Source: an uncultured bacterium (lineage in GTDB: Bacteria > Babelota > Babeliae > Babelales > Babelaceae). From it: a stretch of 64,000 bases of DNA. Made by a program: the position numbers and the translations under genes. The notes beneath the pieces are model-generated. The model saw only the letters and a list, made by a program, of their open reading frames with translations. It was not told where the DNA came from and did not search any database. Shown here piece by piece: positions 1-10,184 of this stretch. The stretch covers positions 512,001 to 576,000 of the forward strand of contig CAVRKK010000002.1 in assembly GCA_963722385.1 (NCBI GenBank). Reading direction: 5' to 3'. The stretch's first letter is position 1, and each line of letters begins with the position of its first letter.

Positions 1-54
1 TGCGTTCAAGAATATCGTAATCGTGAAATGCCTTTTTATTTTGCGCAATAACCT

Positions 55-561
55 TCATAATCTGTCCATAATTTGATGGTGTTCTCCTTGAAGACGCTTA
101 CAAAGCCTTTTTGTAACGAAATATGCAATACAAGCAGCCACTAAAGCAACGATGTGCCCGCCGATAAAGTAGGGCCAAAAAGAAAGCTTTTCGAGCACTG
201 AGACACTTTTAACATACGGGGCTATCTTGTGAGTAAGCCATACGGTAAAAGAGCGTATAAAGGCCGGGTCATACTGACTCAGGTCAATTGGCAAAATATA
301 GTGCATTATCCAAGCGCCTACCACATAATCAAGCACAATAATAAAAATCATCGTCCATGGATTATTCACGATACAAGCAACCGCAAATGCTATCGGAATA
401 TTTAATCCCATGAGCCACCCAAGCACAATAATCAGTATGGTCTGAATACCTAAATACGGCGAAAAACCAACAAACGTACCCACGGCGCAGGATAGCGCGC
501 AGCGCTCGGCTGATGCTTCACCAAGCAAAATCTTCTTAAGCTTCTTAAAAAAGCGAAACAT
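55..561 (-). CDS. DUF2062-family membrane protein
   Basis: 168 aa, hydrophobic; 'ALSCAVGTFVGFSPYLGIQT...NNPWT' matches the DUF2062 pattern. Confidence 0.75.
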   Translation of the reverse strand: MFRFFKKLKKILLGEASAERCALSCAVGTFVGFSPYLGIQTILIIVLGWLMGLNIPIAFAVACIVNNPWTMIFIIVLDYVVGAWIMHYILPIDLSQYDPAFIRSFTVWLTHKIAPYVKSVSVLEKLSFWPYFIGGHIVALVAACIAYFVTKRLCKRLQGEHHQIMDRL

Positions 562-676
562 AACAATCTCCGTTACGTGCTCACGAGCTTATAATTGCAA
601 TATCGTTATTTTCGGCTATTCTAATACTCAGTATAAGTAATTTTACTCACAACCTGAAACTTTTAATAAATATCTC

Positions 677-1351
677 ATGATTCCTAAGCGATTTTTTATC
701 CCCCTCCTCGGCATGGTCATATTCAGTTGCAGCGCTGAGCAAGAATCATCCCAACAGACCCCTGCCTATATCCTTACGCTTAAAGCCCCTGCGCACATTA
801 AGCACCTTGAAAGCATCTCTTGTATCTATCATGGCAATAAGCTCTATTTTGAAAATGGCATCTGCCAATTGCCCGAGCACGTCTTTAAAACGTTTTTCAC
901 GCTTATCATCACGCCACTCATAGAATTTAAAAATAATGGAACGTGTGTATATGCCGAGCGCCTAAAAGATCTGCCGTGCAAATGGTATAACCTAACGCTC
1001 GACTATAACCAATCTGCAGCTGGAAGAAATTACTCATGGCGCATTGATGAGCTCAAAAGTGAGGAAATGCCTCTGCGCATACCTGAACAAAGTGGCATCG
1101 TCATACAATTGCCCGCCTCTATGATCGACGCCCTCGACAATGCGCAGCGGACAGGCCGCTTCGTTATCAACTTGCCAGGCATCATCCTGAACGAAGCTAC
1201 AACCCAAGAACAACTCGATAGCGCGCTCAACCAAGCAGCCCTTAACCTTCCGGCTACGAACCACCTATGCCAACCAGCATGTAGGCGAAAAAATCAGGGC
1301 AATACGACCATCGTGGCCAGAGAACGACGTGTCTTGCCTGAACAACCATAA
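677..1351 (+). CDS. hypothetical exported protein / possible lipoprotein
   Basis: 224-aa ORF with N-terminal hydrophobic segment followed by 'FSCS'; directly upstream of tsaD. Confidence 0.6.
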   Translation: MIPKRFFIPLLGMVIFSCSAEQESSQQTPAYILTLKAPAHIKHLESISCIYHGNKLYFENGICQLPEHVFKTFFTLIITPLIEFKNNGTCVYAERLKDLPCKWYNLTLDYNQSAAGRNYSWRIDELKSEEMPLRIPEQSGIVIQLPASMIDALDNAQRTGRFVINLPGIILNEATTQEQLDSALNQAALNLPATNHLCQPACRRKNQGNTTIVARERRVLPEQP

Positions 1352-1365
1352 CGGAAAAAAGGATT

Positions 1366-2376
1366 ATGCGTATCCTTGGCATTGAAACCTCGTGCGATGA
1401 AACAGCTGCTGCCGTCTACGAGAGCCAGCGCGGCATGCTTTCGAGCTATCTTTTCTCACAAACCGAGCTCCATAAGCGTTATGGGGGCGTTGTGCCAGAA
1501 ATTGCTTCCCGCGCGCAAATCGAAAAAATTAATACGGTCATTGATCATGCCCTTTGTGCGGCACAGGTAAGTCTTGACACGATAGACGCTATCGCGGTGA
1601 CGCATACTCCCGGCCTACCCGGTTCACTCCTGGTCGGCCTCTGCTTTGCCAAAGCCCTTGCCTATGCGCAGAACAAAAAAATACTGGGCATCAACCATCT
1701 TGAAGGGCATGCTTTTTCTGCGCTCATCGAGCACACGGTGCCCTTTCCCTTCTTATGCCTGACGGCATCCGGCGGCCATACGGCCCTCTATCTCATCACG
1801 GCCCTTGGGAAATATGAAATTCTCGGCCATACAACTGATGATGCTGCGGGGGAAGCCTTTGATAAAGTCGCCAAAATGCTCCACTATCCCTATCCAGGAG
1901 GACCAATCATTGAACAGCTCGCTGGTCATATGGACTTTATCGACTTCTTCCATTACCCGCGACTCAAGGCTAAAGATCTTTCTTTCAGCTTTTCTGGGCT
2001 TAAGACAGCCGTTCTCTATGATCTTGTTAAAAAGGGGGTATATAACCTTGAAAGCAAGGAGCTCAACCCCGCTACACCGCTGAGCCTCAAACAAGAGGTT
2101 GCCAGCTCATTCCTTGTATGCATAGGCGATATATTTGCCGATCGCTTGAAGCGGGCATGCAAGCTGCATCCAGAAATTAAAGCAGTGACGTTTGTGGGAG
2201 GGGTTGCTTGCAATCAGTATTTGCGCCAGCGCTTACAAACAATAGCCAACCAACAGGGGCTACCGTTCTTTACGCCTTCCCCACGCTATTGTACCGATAA
2301 TGCAGCTATGATAGCATTTGTGGGGCATTACAAAGCACAGCAAGGCTTATATGCTAATCTGACGCTTGACCTATAA
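1366..2376 (+). CDS. tsaD: tRNA N6-adenosine threonylcarbamoyltransferase TsaD
   Basis: GIETSCDET, GGVVPEIASR, NHLEGH, SGGHT, DDAAGEAFDK, FSFSGLKT and CTDNAAMI motifs. Confidence 0.97.
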   Translation: MRILGIETSCDETAAAVYESQRGMLSSYLFSQTELHKRYGGVVPEIASRAQIEKINTVIDHALCAAQVSLDTIDAIAVTHTPGLPGSLLVGLCFAKALAYAQNKKILGINHLEGHAFSALIEHTVPFPFLCLTASGGHTALYLITALGKYEILGHTTDDAAGEAFDKVAKMLHYPYPGGPIIEQLAGHMDFIDFFHYPRLKAKDLSFSFSGLKTAVLYDLVKKGVYNLESKELNPATPLSLKQEVASSFLVCIGDIFADRLKRACKLHPEIKAVTFVGGVACNQYLRQRLQTIANQQGLPFFTPSPRYCTDNAAMIAFVGHYKAQQGLYANLTLDL

Positions 2377-2379
2377 TTT

Positions 2380-3687
2380 TCACAAGGAGCTGCCGCTCGA
2401 TCCCTTCTTATTCATGGACTCCAAAAATTCCTCATTTGTCTTGCACTTCTTCATCTTATCGATAAGTACCTCCATACCTTCAATGGTATTCATGGTTGCA
2501 AGAAATTTACGAAGAATGCGCACACGATTAAGCTCGCCCTCAGACAATAAAAGCTCCTCACGGCGAGTTCCCGATAACAAAAGGTCGAAAGCAGGAAAGA
2601 TACGAAGATTGGACAGCTTACGGCTCATAAGAATTTCCATGTTGCCGGTGCCCTTGAATTCCTCGAAGATGACTTCGTCCATACGCGAGCCGGTCTCAAT
2701 AAGCGCTGAAGCCAAAATCGTAAGCGAGCCACCTTCTTCCGTATTACGTGCTGCACCAAAAAACCTCTTTGGCCTTTGCAACGCATTGGCATCAATACCA
2801 CCCGTTAAGATTTTGCCAGAGGCAGGAGCAACCGCATTATAAGCGCGCGCAAGGCGCGTAATCGAATCAAGGACAATAACAACATCCAAACCTACTTCGA
2901 CAAGGCGCTTTGCCTTCTCAAGTACAATCTCAACCACTTGCACGTGACGCTCGGGCGCCTCATCAAAAGTCGAGCTGATAACTTCAGCGCGAGCGCCTTT
3001 GACACTCCGGCGCATATCTGCAACCTCTTCAGGTCTTTCATCGACGAGCAACACAATCAAATAGACCTCAGGGTGATTGGCCACCATGGCCTGAGCGATC
3101 TCCTTAAGAAGCATCGTTTTCCCCGTCTTAGGCGGTGCCACAATAAGGCCTCTTTGCCCGCGGCCAATAGGTGAAAACAAGTCCATTATTCTTGTCGAAA
3201 TAAAGCTCGGGTCGGCCTCTAAATTAAATTTCTTGTCAGGGTGCAAGGGCGATAAGCGGTCAAAATAGGTCCGATCGAGCATGGCGGCAGGCTCCTGAAA
3301 ATCAATCTTGTTGATCTTTAAGAGCGCAAAGTATTTTTCTCCCTCTTTGGGCTTACGAATAACGCCAGAAATCGTATCACCAGTCCTTAAATTAAAACGG
3401 CGAATTTGCGATGGCGATACATAAACATCGTCAGGCCCTGATACATAATCAAACTGCGCCGACCGCAAAAAGCCAAAACCATCGGGCAGCTTCTCGAGCA
3501 CGCCCTCAACTTCAATTTCCTTGTCAGGGTTTTGCTCAAGCTCAACAATATGCCGAATAAGCTGCTCTTTCGACATAAGAGTAGCTCCTATGACACCAAG
3601 CTTTCGGCCGAGCATATTAAGATCACCGAGCGTATGCTCGCGCAACTCTTGCGCACGCATTGAGGCAGTTTTTGTCCCTTCTTCCAT
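2380..3687 (-). CDS. rho: transcription termination factor Rho
   Basis: [59 protein letters not shown]. Confidence 0.98.
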   Translation of the reverse strand: MEEGTKTASMRAQELREHTLGDLNMLGRKLGVIGATLMSKEQLIRHIVELEQNPDKEIEVEGVLEKLPDGFGFLRSAQFDYVSGPDDVYVSPSQIRRFNLRTGDTISGVIRKPKEGEKYFALLKINKIDFQEPAAMLDRTYFDRLSPLHPDKKFNLEADPSFISTRIMDLFSPIGRGQRGLIVAPPKTGKTMLLKEIAQAMVANHPEVYLIVLLVDERPEEVADMRRSVKGARAEVISSTFDEAPERHVQVVEIVLEKAKRLVEVGLDVVIVLDSITRLARAYNAVAPASGKILTGGIDANALQRPKRFFGAARNTEEGGSLTILASALIETGSRMDEVIFEEFKGTGNMEILMSRKLSNLRIFPAFDLLLSGTRREELLLSEGELNRVRILRKFLATMNTIEGMEVLIDKMKKCKTNEEFLESMNKKGSSGSSL

Positions 3688-3803
3688 AGACCTCCTTCGA
3701 AAAATTTTTCAACAATAGTAGCAATAGGTGGTTATAGCCCACGCCTTTTTTTAACGTAGTTATTTCTTGATAGGATAAGCGCAGAGAGCTTTGTCCGCTC
3801 TTA

Positions 3804-4700
3804 TTACGCCGAACGTTTTTCTTTATCTCGGTATAGTAATAACATAACAGGACTTGCTATAGCAATGGACGAATACGTACCAAAAATTATACCAATTAAA
3901 AGCGCTAAGGCTAAAGATCGCAACGCATAACCACCAAAAATTAGCAATGAAACAACCACCAGCGATGTCGCAAAGCTTGTCAACAATGTACGTCTCAGGG
4001 TTTCGTTCATGCTGATATTTACCACATCTTCGATAGCGTAACCCCGCAACTTGCGCACATTTGCACGTATACGTGCAAAAATAACAATCGTATCATTAAT
4101 AGAATAGCCCAAAATAGCCAAAATAGCGGCTATCACATTTGACGATATCTCGTAATCGAAGAGCAAGAAAAATCCAAGGATAACAATAGCATCATGAAAG
4201 AGTGATACTAACACCCCAACACCATAAGCTAACGACCAAAAGCGCCACCAGGTGTAAAGAAGCATTAATATAAGTCCTAAAATAATCGCGTACAGCGACT
4301 TAAGCCAGAGTTGGGCTCCCATGCCGGCCCCAACCTGATCAACTCCCTTAATGGTCACCTCGGTACCTGGTAAGGCAACTGCGACCTTTTCCCTTATTCG
4401 TTCTGCCGTGCCACCTGCATCATTGGTATATTCAGCAACACGCACCAAAATTTCGGTTGGCGAGAAATCACGCGCTATCGCACCGGGAATACTAGCCTTA
4501 TCTAAGATCTGCACCACCGCTTCGCTGTGTATCGGCTTTGAAAAACCAAGCAAAACCTGCGTGCCGCCGGTGAACTCAACGCTATAGATAAAGGCGTAGC
4601 CCCGTGTCTGGTATTTATAGATAAAGGCGCCAGCAAAAAGCGCAAAGATGGCCAAAGAAAAAGCGGCATACAATGGCCGGTACTTGATAAAATTAATCAT
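3804..4700 (-). CDS. secF: protein translocase subunit SecF
   Basis: EFTGGT, HD, GYSINDTIVIFARIR, ETLRRTLLTS, GTYSSIAIA; ATG at 4700 chosen as start. Confidence 0.93.
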   Translation of the reverse strand: MINFIKYRPLYAAFSLAIFALFAGAFIYKYQTRGYAFIYSVEFTGGTQVLLGFSKPIHSEAVVQILDKASIPGAIARDFSPTEILVRVAEYTNDAGGTAERIREKVAVALPGTEVTIKGVDQVGAGMGAQLWLKSLYAIILGLILMLLYTWWRFWSLAYGVGVLVSLFHDAIVILGFFLLFDYEISSNVIAAILAILGYSINDTIVIFARIRANVRKLRGYAIEDVVNISMNETLRRTLLTSFATSLVVVSLLIFGGYALRSLALALLIGIIFGTYSSIAIASPVMLLLYRDKEKRSA

Positions 4701-4739
4701 AACACTCCCCCGCGCCAAGTCGGAGCTTCGCAGCTTGGC

Positions 4740-4988
4740 TTATAAAACTGATACGTACTTTCTACCTTTTCGCCCAAAATGAAATTTAATAACCCCTGGG
4801 GCTGAGGCAAAAATAGTATAGTCTACACCAAGCCCAACGTTTCTACCTGGATGAATGTGGGTCCCGCGCTGGCGAACAATAACTTCACCACCACTAACTC
4901 GCTGGCCATCAAATAACTTGACGCCAAGCCGTTTGCTGACGCTATCGCGTCCATTCTGGGTCGATCCACCCGATTTACTCGTTGCCAT
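4740..4988 (-). CDS. rpmA: 50S ribosomal protein L27
   Basis: [24 protein letters not shown]...RQRGT; ATG at 4988 preceded by AGGAG. Confidence 0.96.
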   Translation of the reverse strand: MATSKSGGSTQNGRDSVSKRLGVKLFDGQRVSGGEVIVRQRGTHIHPGRNVGLGVDYTIFASAPGVIKFHFGRKGRKYVSVL

Positions 4989-5213
4989 AATCTTTTCTCC
5001 TTGTTGCAATAACAAAAGAATCACTGAGCGTGATATGCGGTCAAAATATGTACAGCTGGAATTACCTACCATTATGCTTCAATTTAAGCAAAATGTCAAA
5101 ATCTTACAAGCACCCGTGTGCAACTTTGAAATGAGCTAAAGCGGAAACTTTTCTTTACCCTACGGAAACTTGGCGAGTACTTGCTCAATTGCTTTTCCAT
5201 GCAACCAGGCCCA

Positions 5214-6662
5214 TTAGATAAGCAGTGCTAGATAGTCATCAAGCTGCGCCTTGCTGCAGATATGCCGGTAACGGGTATACTCTTTGCCATCTTTAAATAT
5301 CACTATGGTCGGCAATGTATTGATACCGAGCTTATCGGCAATCTCGGGAGACTTATCGACATCTATTTTACAAAAATGGGCCTTTGGCCCGGCCGCGGCG
5401 GCCCGTGCTTCTAAAAATGGCATAAGGTAGAGGCAGCTTGGGCAATAATGAGCAAAAAAGTCGACAATTACCGGCACCGCTGACTTCTTCGCAATCTCAT
5501 CAAGCTCCTGCTCATTAGTAATAAGCGTAATATCCGATAATTGCTGCTGAGGTACAACATAAAACTGCAACTCCATCTCTTTTGCCTTATAAGCGTTAAG
5601 GCCTACTGATTCAAGAAAAGCTAGAGCATCCAGCGCCGCCTTAATACCATTGCCTGCTGCAATGCCTGCTTTGCTATAGCCCTTATCAGCAACACTGCCC
5701 GCAGCTAAAACACCGGGGACCGACGTTTTCTGGCTACAGCCTTGTATGGTAATATAGCCATCAGCGTCTGTTGCCACATGTGGCTTAAATAAATCAGATG
5801 TTGGCCTGTAGCCAATCCCAAAATAGACTGCTTTAGCGGGTATTTCTTGTTGATGCCTTGTCGCACTATCGCGTACCCGCACACTCACCGGCGCTGAACC
5901 GTCTCCCTTTACTTCTTCGAGCAGCGTTGAGTAGAGAATCGTCAAATTTTTACAATTCAGCAAGTAATCTTGAACGGTCGCGCAAGCCTGTAAAGCTGGC
6001 TCCCTCACGATCATGGTTACTTTTTTTGCGTAAGCAGCTACTTGAAGCGCAAGCTCTGCTGCCGTATCACTACCACCAACCACCACCACATGTTGGTCCT
6101 TATTAAAAGGCGCGTCGCAAATAGCACAAGAGCTTACGCCTTTGCCCAAATACTCTTCAACGCCTGGTATGTTGAGTCTTTTTGCCTGGCCACCGGTGGC
6201 TATAATAACCGATAAGGCATAACATTCGGTACCTTCATTGCTTACCAGCTTAAATGGCCACGTGCTCAGATCAGCACTTTTGACCTGCTCATAGAGAAGA
6301 ACCGCACCAAATTTCTTTGCTTGGGCTTCCAAATCCTTAATAATTTGCCCACCCGTTACTTTATCGCGACTAGGCCAATTTTCTATGTGCTTTACCTGTG
6401 CCAACTGCCCGCTTTGCTGAAAGCCAGCAAAAACAATCGTTTTAATCTGGGATCGCGCCGTATATACGGCGGCACTTAAGCCGGCTGGACCGCCTCCAAT
6501 GATTGCCACCGGGATGAGGTTTTTTTGCAAGGCAACCTTCTTAAGATCGTGCGTCGCTGAGCGCTTGGCAGCATAAAGCGCCCATGCCACCAAAACAAGC
6601 GAAGCCACCCCAGCAAGCACATTAATCCCGAAGAGAACAATTGATTTATTACGTTTTTGCAT
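5214..6662 (-). CDS. thioredoxin reductase-like flavoprotein with N-terminal membrane anchor, fused to a C-terminal thioredoxin domain
   Basis: IIGGGPAG FAD motif, GVSSCAICD redox motif, C-terminal VIVDFFAHYCPSC...PTIVIFKDG thioredoxin fold, hydrophobic residues ~8-31. Confidence 0.85.
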   Translation of the reverse strand: MQKRNKSIVLFGINVLAGVASLVLVAWALYAAKRSATHDLKKVALQKNLIPVAIIGGGPAGLSAAVYTARSQIKTIVFAGFQQSGQLAQVKHIENWPSRDKVTGGQIIKDLEAQAKKFGAVLLYEQVKSADLSTWPFKLVSNEGTECYALSVIIATGGQAKRLNIPGVEEYLGKGVSSCAICDAPFNKDQHVVVVGGSDTAAELALQVAAYAKKVTMIVREPALQACATVQDYLLNCKNLTILYSTLLEEVKGDGSAPVSVRVRDSATRHQQEIPAKAVYFGIGYRPTSDLFKPHVATDADGYITIQGCSQKTSVPGVLAAGSVADKGYSKAGIAAGNGIKAALDALAFLESVGLNAYKAKEMELQFYVVPQQQLSDITLITNEQELDEIAKKSAVPVIVDFFAHYCPSCLYLMPFLEARAAAAGPKAHFCKIDVDKSPEIADKLGINTLPTIVIFKDGKEYTRYRHICSKAQLDDYLALLI

Positions 6663-6855
6663 GCACCGCGCCTCTCAATATTTTTCTAATATTCTTTTTA
6701 AATTGAGGCTCACCACTCCATTATTGTATCGCTTTCGGCGCAAGGGCAAGGGTTTTTTAAAAAGTGGTGTGAATAATCAAGAAGGTTGCGCGATTAGGAA
6801 AGGCAAAGGTCTGAAATATGCTTCCTATAGAAACAAGAGACACATACGTACGCAT

Positions 6856-6889
6856 AAAATAGGGCACAGAGAAGCTCCCTGTGCCCTAT
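6856..6889 (-). terminator. intrinsic terminator of the RRM gene
   Basis: ATAGGGCACAG (6859-6869) / CTGTGCCCTAT (6879-6889) stem followed by a T-run on the minus strand. Confidence 0.75.
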
Positions 6890-6908
6890 CTGATTTGCTG
6901 AGGTATGC

Positions 6909-7265
6909 TTACCAAGCGCTACGACGCGGTCCTCGGCTGCCACCAAAGCCACCTCTGTCGCCGCCACCTGGTCCGCGTGGACCGCCAAAACCGCCACGAC
7001 CATTGCCACCTGGTCCGCGATCAGGACGAGGTTGCGCCTCGCTTACTCTGAGCTTACGTCCTTTAACTTCCTTGCCATCTACTTCAGCAATAGCTGCTTG
7101 AGATGCTTCAGCATCGCCCATTTCAACAAAGCCAAAGCCACGAGATTCGCCCGTAAACTTGTCTTTGATTATGTTAACTGACTTAACTTCGCCAAAAGGA
7201 GTAAAAACATCTTGCAATTCTTGATCTGTCAAGCTATTTGGCAAATTTCCTACGTATAGTTTCAT
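6909..7265 (-). CDS. RRM (RNP-1) RNA-binding protein with Gly/Arg-rich tail
   Basis: LYVGNL (RNP2), RGFGFVEM (RNP1), RGG-rich C-terminus. Confidence 0.95.
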   Translation of the reverse strand: MKLYVGNLPNSLTDQELQDVFTPFGEVKSVNIIKDKFTGESRGFGFVEMGDAEASQAAIAEVDGKEVKGRKLRVSEAQPRPDRGPGGNGRGGFGGPRGPGGGDRGGFGGSRGPRRSAW

Positions 7266-7627
7266 TTTTCTGTACTTTCTCTAAATAAAATAATCTGCAT
7301 TTCTTCATGGGTTAGCGACTACAGTTACCCTGTAGCTATACTTATTCAATCTCGCAAGTTCTACTCCTTATCGTATTTTTCATGCAGCAAAAGATGGTAT
7401 TAAATGGTAACTACCAGAGCCTCGTATTCTTATTCTTTATTATATAGTTATAAATTTGATTCTTGCAATAAAAAGCGTGGCAACAAAATTATTAATAAAG
7501 GCCTGCTGTCTTGTTAGGGGATGGGTAAATAATCTTAGCATAATCAAGCGTCGCGAACGATACCTCGTAATCTTTAGCATAGGTAATCTTTATACTATCC
7601 CATTTATCTTTTTTGTCAATAGCACCA

Positions 7628-8416
7628 TTAAGTCACATAATCCAGGCGCTTTTTTAGCCATGCAAGGGCCCAGCAGATAAGAATAGCGCTATAGAGTGTG
7701 AGCATAACACAGCAAATCCACCATGGCATAAATTTATCTGGCCCAAGAACAACACCTCGTAGTCCTTCGAAAGCGTACACGACAGGGTTAAGGAGATCAA
7801 TGAGTGCAAAGCGGGGAAATGCTTGGTAGAGCACATACCAGGTAAATTGGTAGCCACCAAAATTCCAGAAGGGGTTAAGCACACGCCGCCAGACCTCTGA
7901 GAATCGGGTGGTGCTTTTTGCCCAGCTGTAGATCCAAATGCTTAAGCATCCACAAAAAAGGTTGAGCATGCAAAATACCAAAAGAAACTTGCCAATGCTT
8001 AAAGAGCTTAGGTTAAGCGCTGAGCCGAGAATAAGCTTACCAAGCGGGATCATAAAGGCGCTGAGCACCATACAGTTAAGCGTGATGCCACAGGCAAGCT
8101 TTACAAAAACAAGCCAGGGCGGCAGGGGCAGGGTCAAAAGGTAGCCGACATGATAGTTGGCCGCGCGGTCAGCAACAAGCTCCTGAGCTGCGTATCCAGC
8201 CTCAAAATAAGACATCGTCACGATGGTGCCTACCCAAATCAACAGGCCATAACGTTGCTCAATCCCAAAGGCAGGCAAAATGTAATTGCTAATAAAAATA
8301 TTGGTTGCGGACCAAAGCGCAGCATCAATCAAACGGTTTAACAGGTTTTTTTTAAGAACAAAGATATCACGCCACAAGAGCCACCAGAAAACGCGCGCTA
8401 CATGCTTATAATTCAT
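7628..8416 (-). CDS. ABC-2 type exporter permease
   Basis: about six hydrophobic segments, NPVVYAFEGLR; follows an ABC ATPase. Confidence 0.85.
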   Translation of the reverse strand: MNYKHVARVFWWLLWRDIFVLKKNLLNRLIDAALWSATNIFISNYILPAFGIEQRYGLLIWVGTIVTMSYFEAGYAAQELVADRAANYHVGYLLTLPLPPWLVFVKLACGITLNCMVLSAFMIPLGKLILGSALNLSSLSIGKFLLVFCMLNLFCGCLSIWIYSWAKSTTRFSEVWRRVLNPFWNFGGYQFTWYVLYQAFPRFALIDLLNPVVYAFEGLRGVVLGPDKFMPWWICCVMLTLYSAILICWALAWLKKRLDYVT

Positions 8417-8426
8417 CAGGGCACCC

Positions 8427-9179
8427 TTATTTTTGGTTATTTTCTTGTGTCAGCTGCAAAAAGACATCTTCAAGTCGCGTTTTATTGTAGGCCGAGAGCA
8501 GATTTTTTGGCTTATCTATAAGGCGAATTGCACCTTTATCAAGAATACACACGCGATCAGAGAGGACTTCCGCTTCATCGAGATAGTGCGTGGTAAAGAC
8601 GATGGTAACCCCTTGGGCCTTAAGCGAAAAAATAAGGTCCCATAGCTGGCGCCGAATATGGGGATCAAGAGCGATCGTCGGCTCATCCAAAATAACCAAA
8701 GCAGGCCGATGCATGAGTGCCCGTGCAATAAGCAAGCGCTGCCGATACCCGCCCGATAAAACGTCTATGCTCATGTGTGCGTACTTGGCAAGGTCAAATT
8801 GGTCTATGAGCTCATTCATGCGATTTTTTATATCAGCCGCTGTCATTAAGTAGTAGCGTCCGGTAAATAGTAAATTTTGTTCAACCGAGAGCAGGGGGTC
8901 AAAATTTTGCTTTTGCGGGCAAAAGCCTACGTGATGTCGATACTCGAGCAGCTGGTGATAAATTGAGCGCCCTCTCCATATAATATCTCCAGAGGTAGCT
9001 GGATGTAGCGTGGCAATGATAGAGGAAAGCGTTGTCTTGCCTGCCCCATTAACGCCTAAAAGGCCCAAAATTTCGCCCTCCTGTATTTCCAGAGATACCC
9101 CCTTGAGCGCTTCAATTGGCACCGGCTTGGCGGGATAGACCTTAGCAACATGACGGATTTCTAAGAGAGGAGATGCCAT
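8427..9179 (-). CDS. ABC exporter ATP-binding protein
   Basis: GVNGAGKTT, LSGGYRQR, ILDEPT, TTHYLDEAE; ATG at 9179. Confidence 0.93.
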   Translation of the reverse strand: MASPLLEIRHVAKVYPAKPVPIEALKGVSLEIQEGEILGLLGVNGAGKTTLSSIIATLHPATSGDIIWRGRSIYHQLLEYRHHVGFCPQKQNFDPLLSVEQNLLFTGRYYLMTAADIKNRMNELIDQFDLAKYAHMSIDVLSGGYRQRLLIARALMHRPALVILDEPTIALDPHIRRQLWDLIFSLKAQGVTIVFTTHYLDEAEVLSDRVCILDKGAIRLIDKPKNLLSAYNKTRLEDVFLQLTQENNQK

Positions 9180-9224
9180 AACAATACCTAATGGGTGGTT
9201 GGTCAATTTTTTGTCACTTAATAT

Positions 9225-9977
9225 CTATACGATTATTGGGGAGTCTATAGCAAGCTTTTTAAGTTGTTGACCTATGGTGAAAAGGAGGATACCGGCGGCT
9301 ACCGAAGCATTATATGATATGTCGGACCGTCGCTGGGGCAAGGTAACATGCTGGCCCGTCTTCAGAATTTCTGACGAAACGCCCTTGCCTTCGCTGCCTA
9401 TCACCATACAGAGCGGTTCGGTATAAGCAATTTTTGTAGCGTCCGTGCCATCTAATGTTGCCAAATACAGGGCATATCCCGCTTTTTTAAGTTCTTGGGC
9501 AGCGGCAAGCGGCGATGGAGATTGATAAATCTGCATATGCTCAGCAAGGCCGGCAGAAGCTTTAAGCGCTGCCGAGGTTAAAGGCGCACTACTTTTTTTG
9601 CAGAGCACAATACCATCAATACCTATGCAATACGCTGACCGAATAATGGCGCCCAGATTGCGAGGATCCTGAATTCCATCAAGCATAACAAGAAAGGGCT
9701 GCCGCTGTATGTCAAAAGGCTTAGCGCGGTAGACAAAGGGCGTTGCCCATGCGACAACACCTTGATGGTCGGTCGTCTGTGCCATCCTTGTCAATATGTC
9801 ACGAGAAACGTACTGGAGCTGCACCGACCTGCTCAACAAAGGCTCAATCAGATCCCATGCCTTGGGGGCCGGCTTAGTGGTATAAATCGTCACCAACGAG
9901 CGCCGTTTTGCCTTGAGCAGCTCAAGCACGGGGTGAACTCCAAAAATAAGCTCGTTTATTTTTTCTTTTTTACTCAT
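9225..9977 (-). CDS. rlmB: 23S rRNA (Gm2251) methyltransferase, TrmH/SpoU family
   Basis: FGVHPV, HQGVVA, LDGIQDPRNLGAIIRSA, GSEGKG, SYNASVA. Confidence 0.88.
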   Translation of the reverse strand: MSKKEKINELIFGVHPVLELLKAKRRSLVTIYTTKPAPKAWDLIEPLLSRSVQLQYVSRDILTRMAQTTDHQGVVAWATPFVYRAKPFDIQRQPFLVMLDGIQDPRNLGAIIRSAYCIGIDGIVLCKKSSAPLTSAALKASAGLAEHMQIYQSPSPLAAAQELKKAGYALYLATLDGTDATKIAYTEPLCMVIGSEGKGVSSEILKTGQHVTLPQRRSDISYNASVAAGILLFTIGQQLKKLAIDSPIIV

Positions 9978-10184
9978 AGTTTTTTACTCAGTATCGATGA
10001 TAGATAAAGTATACCATGTTTCTTGGCCAAGATAACGGCGCTTTAGCATTTTTCTGACAGAAGAGTTTTAATAATGCTACTTCATTAATAAATAGTTTCC
10101 AAAACAATGGATAAATAAAAGAAAAGCCTTAGCACCATATTCAAATGCTTGTCAGGCTACCGTTATGGCTAATGGGACTGTCTA

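Noticed and set aside
2366..2842. Antisense ORF within rho (and similar shadow ORFs in polA, clpB, alaS, comM)
   Set aside because: Reverse-frame shadows of conserved genes with no independent evidence.
3804..4988. secF without secD and rpmA without rplU
   Set aside because: Simple operon fragmentation; the partners may lie elsewhere in the genome and cannot be judged from this window.
7628..9179. NodIJ-like exporter linked with the sulfotransferases as a Nod-factor-type pathway
   Set aside because: Generic ABC-2 exporter, not adjacent to the cassette; no nodABC-like genes seen.
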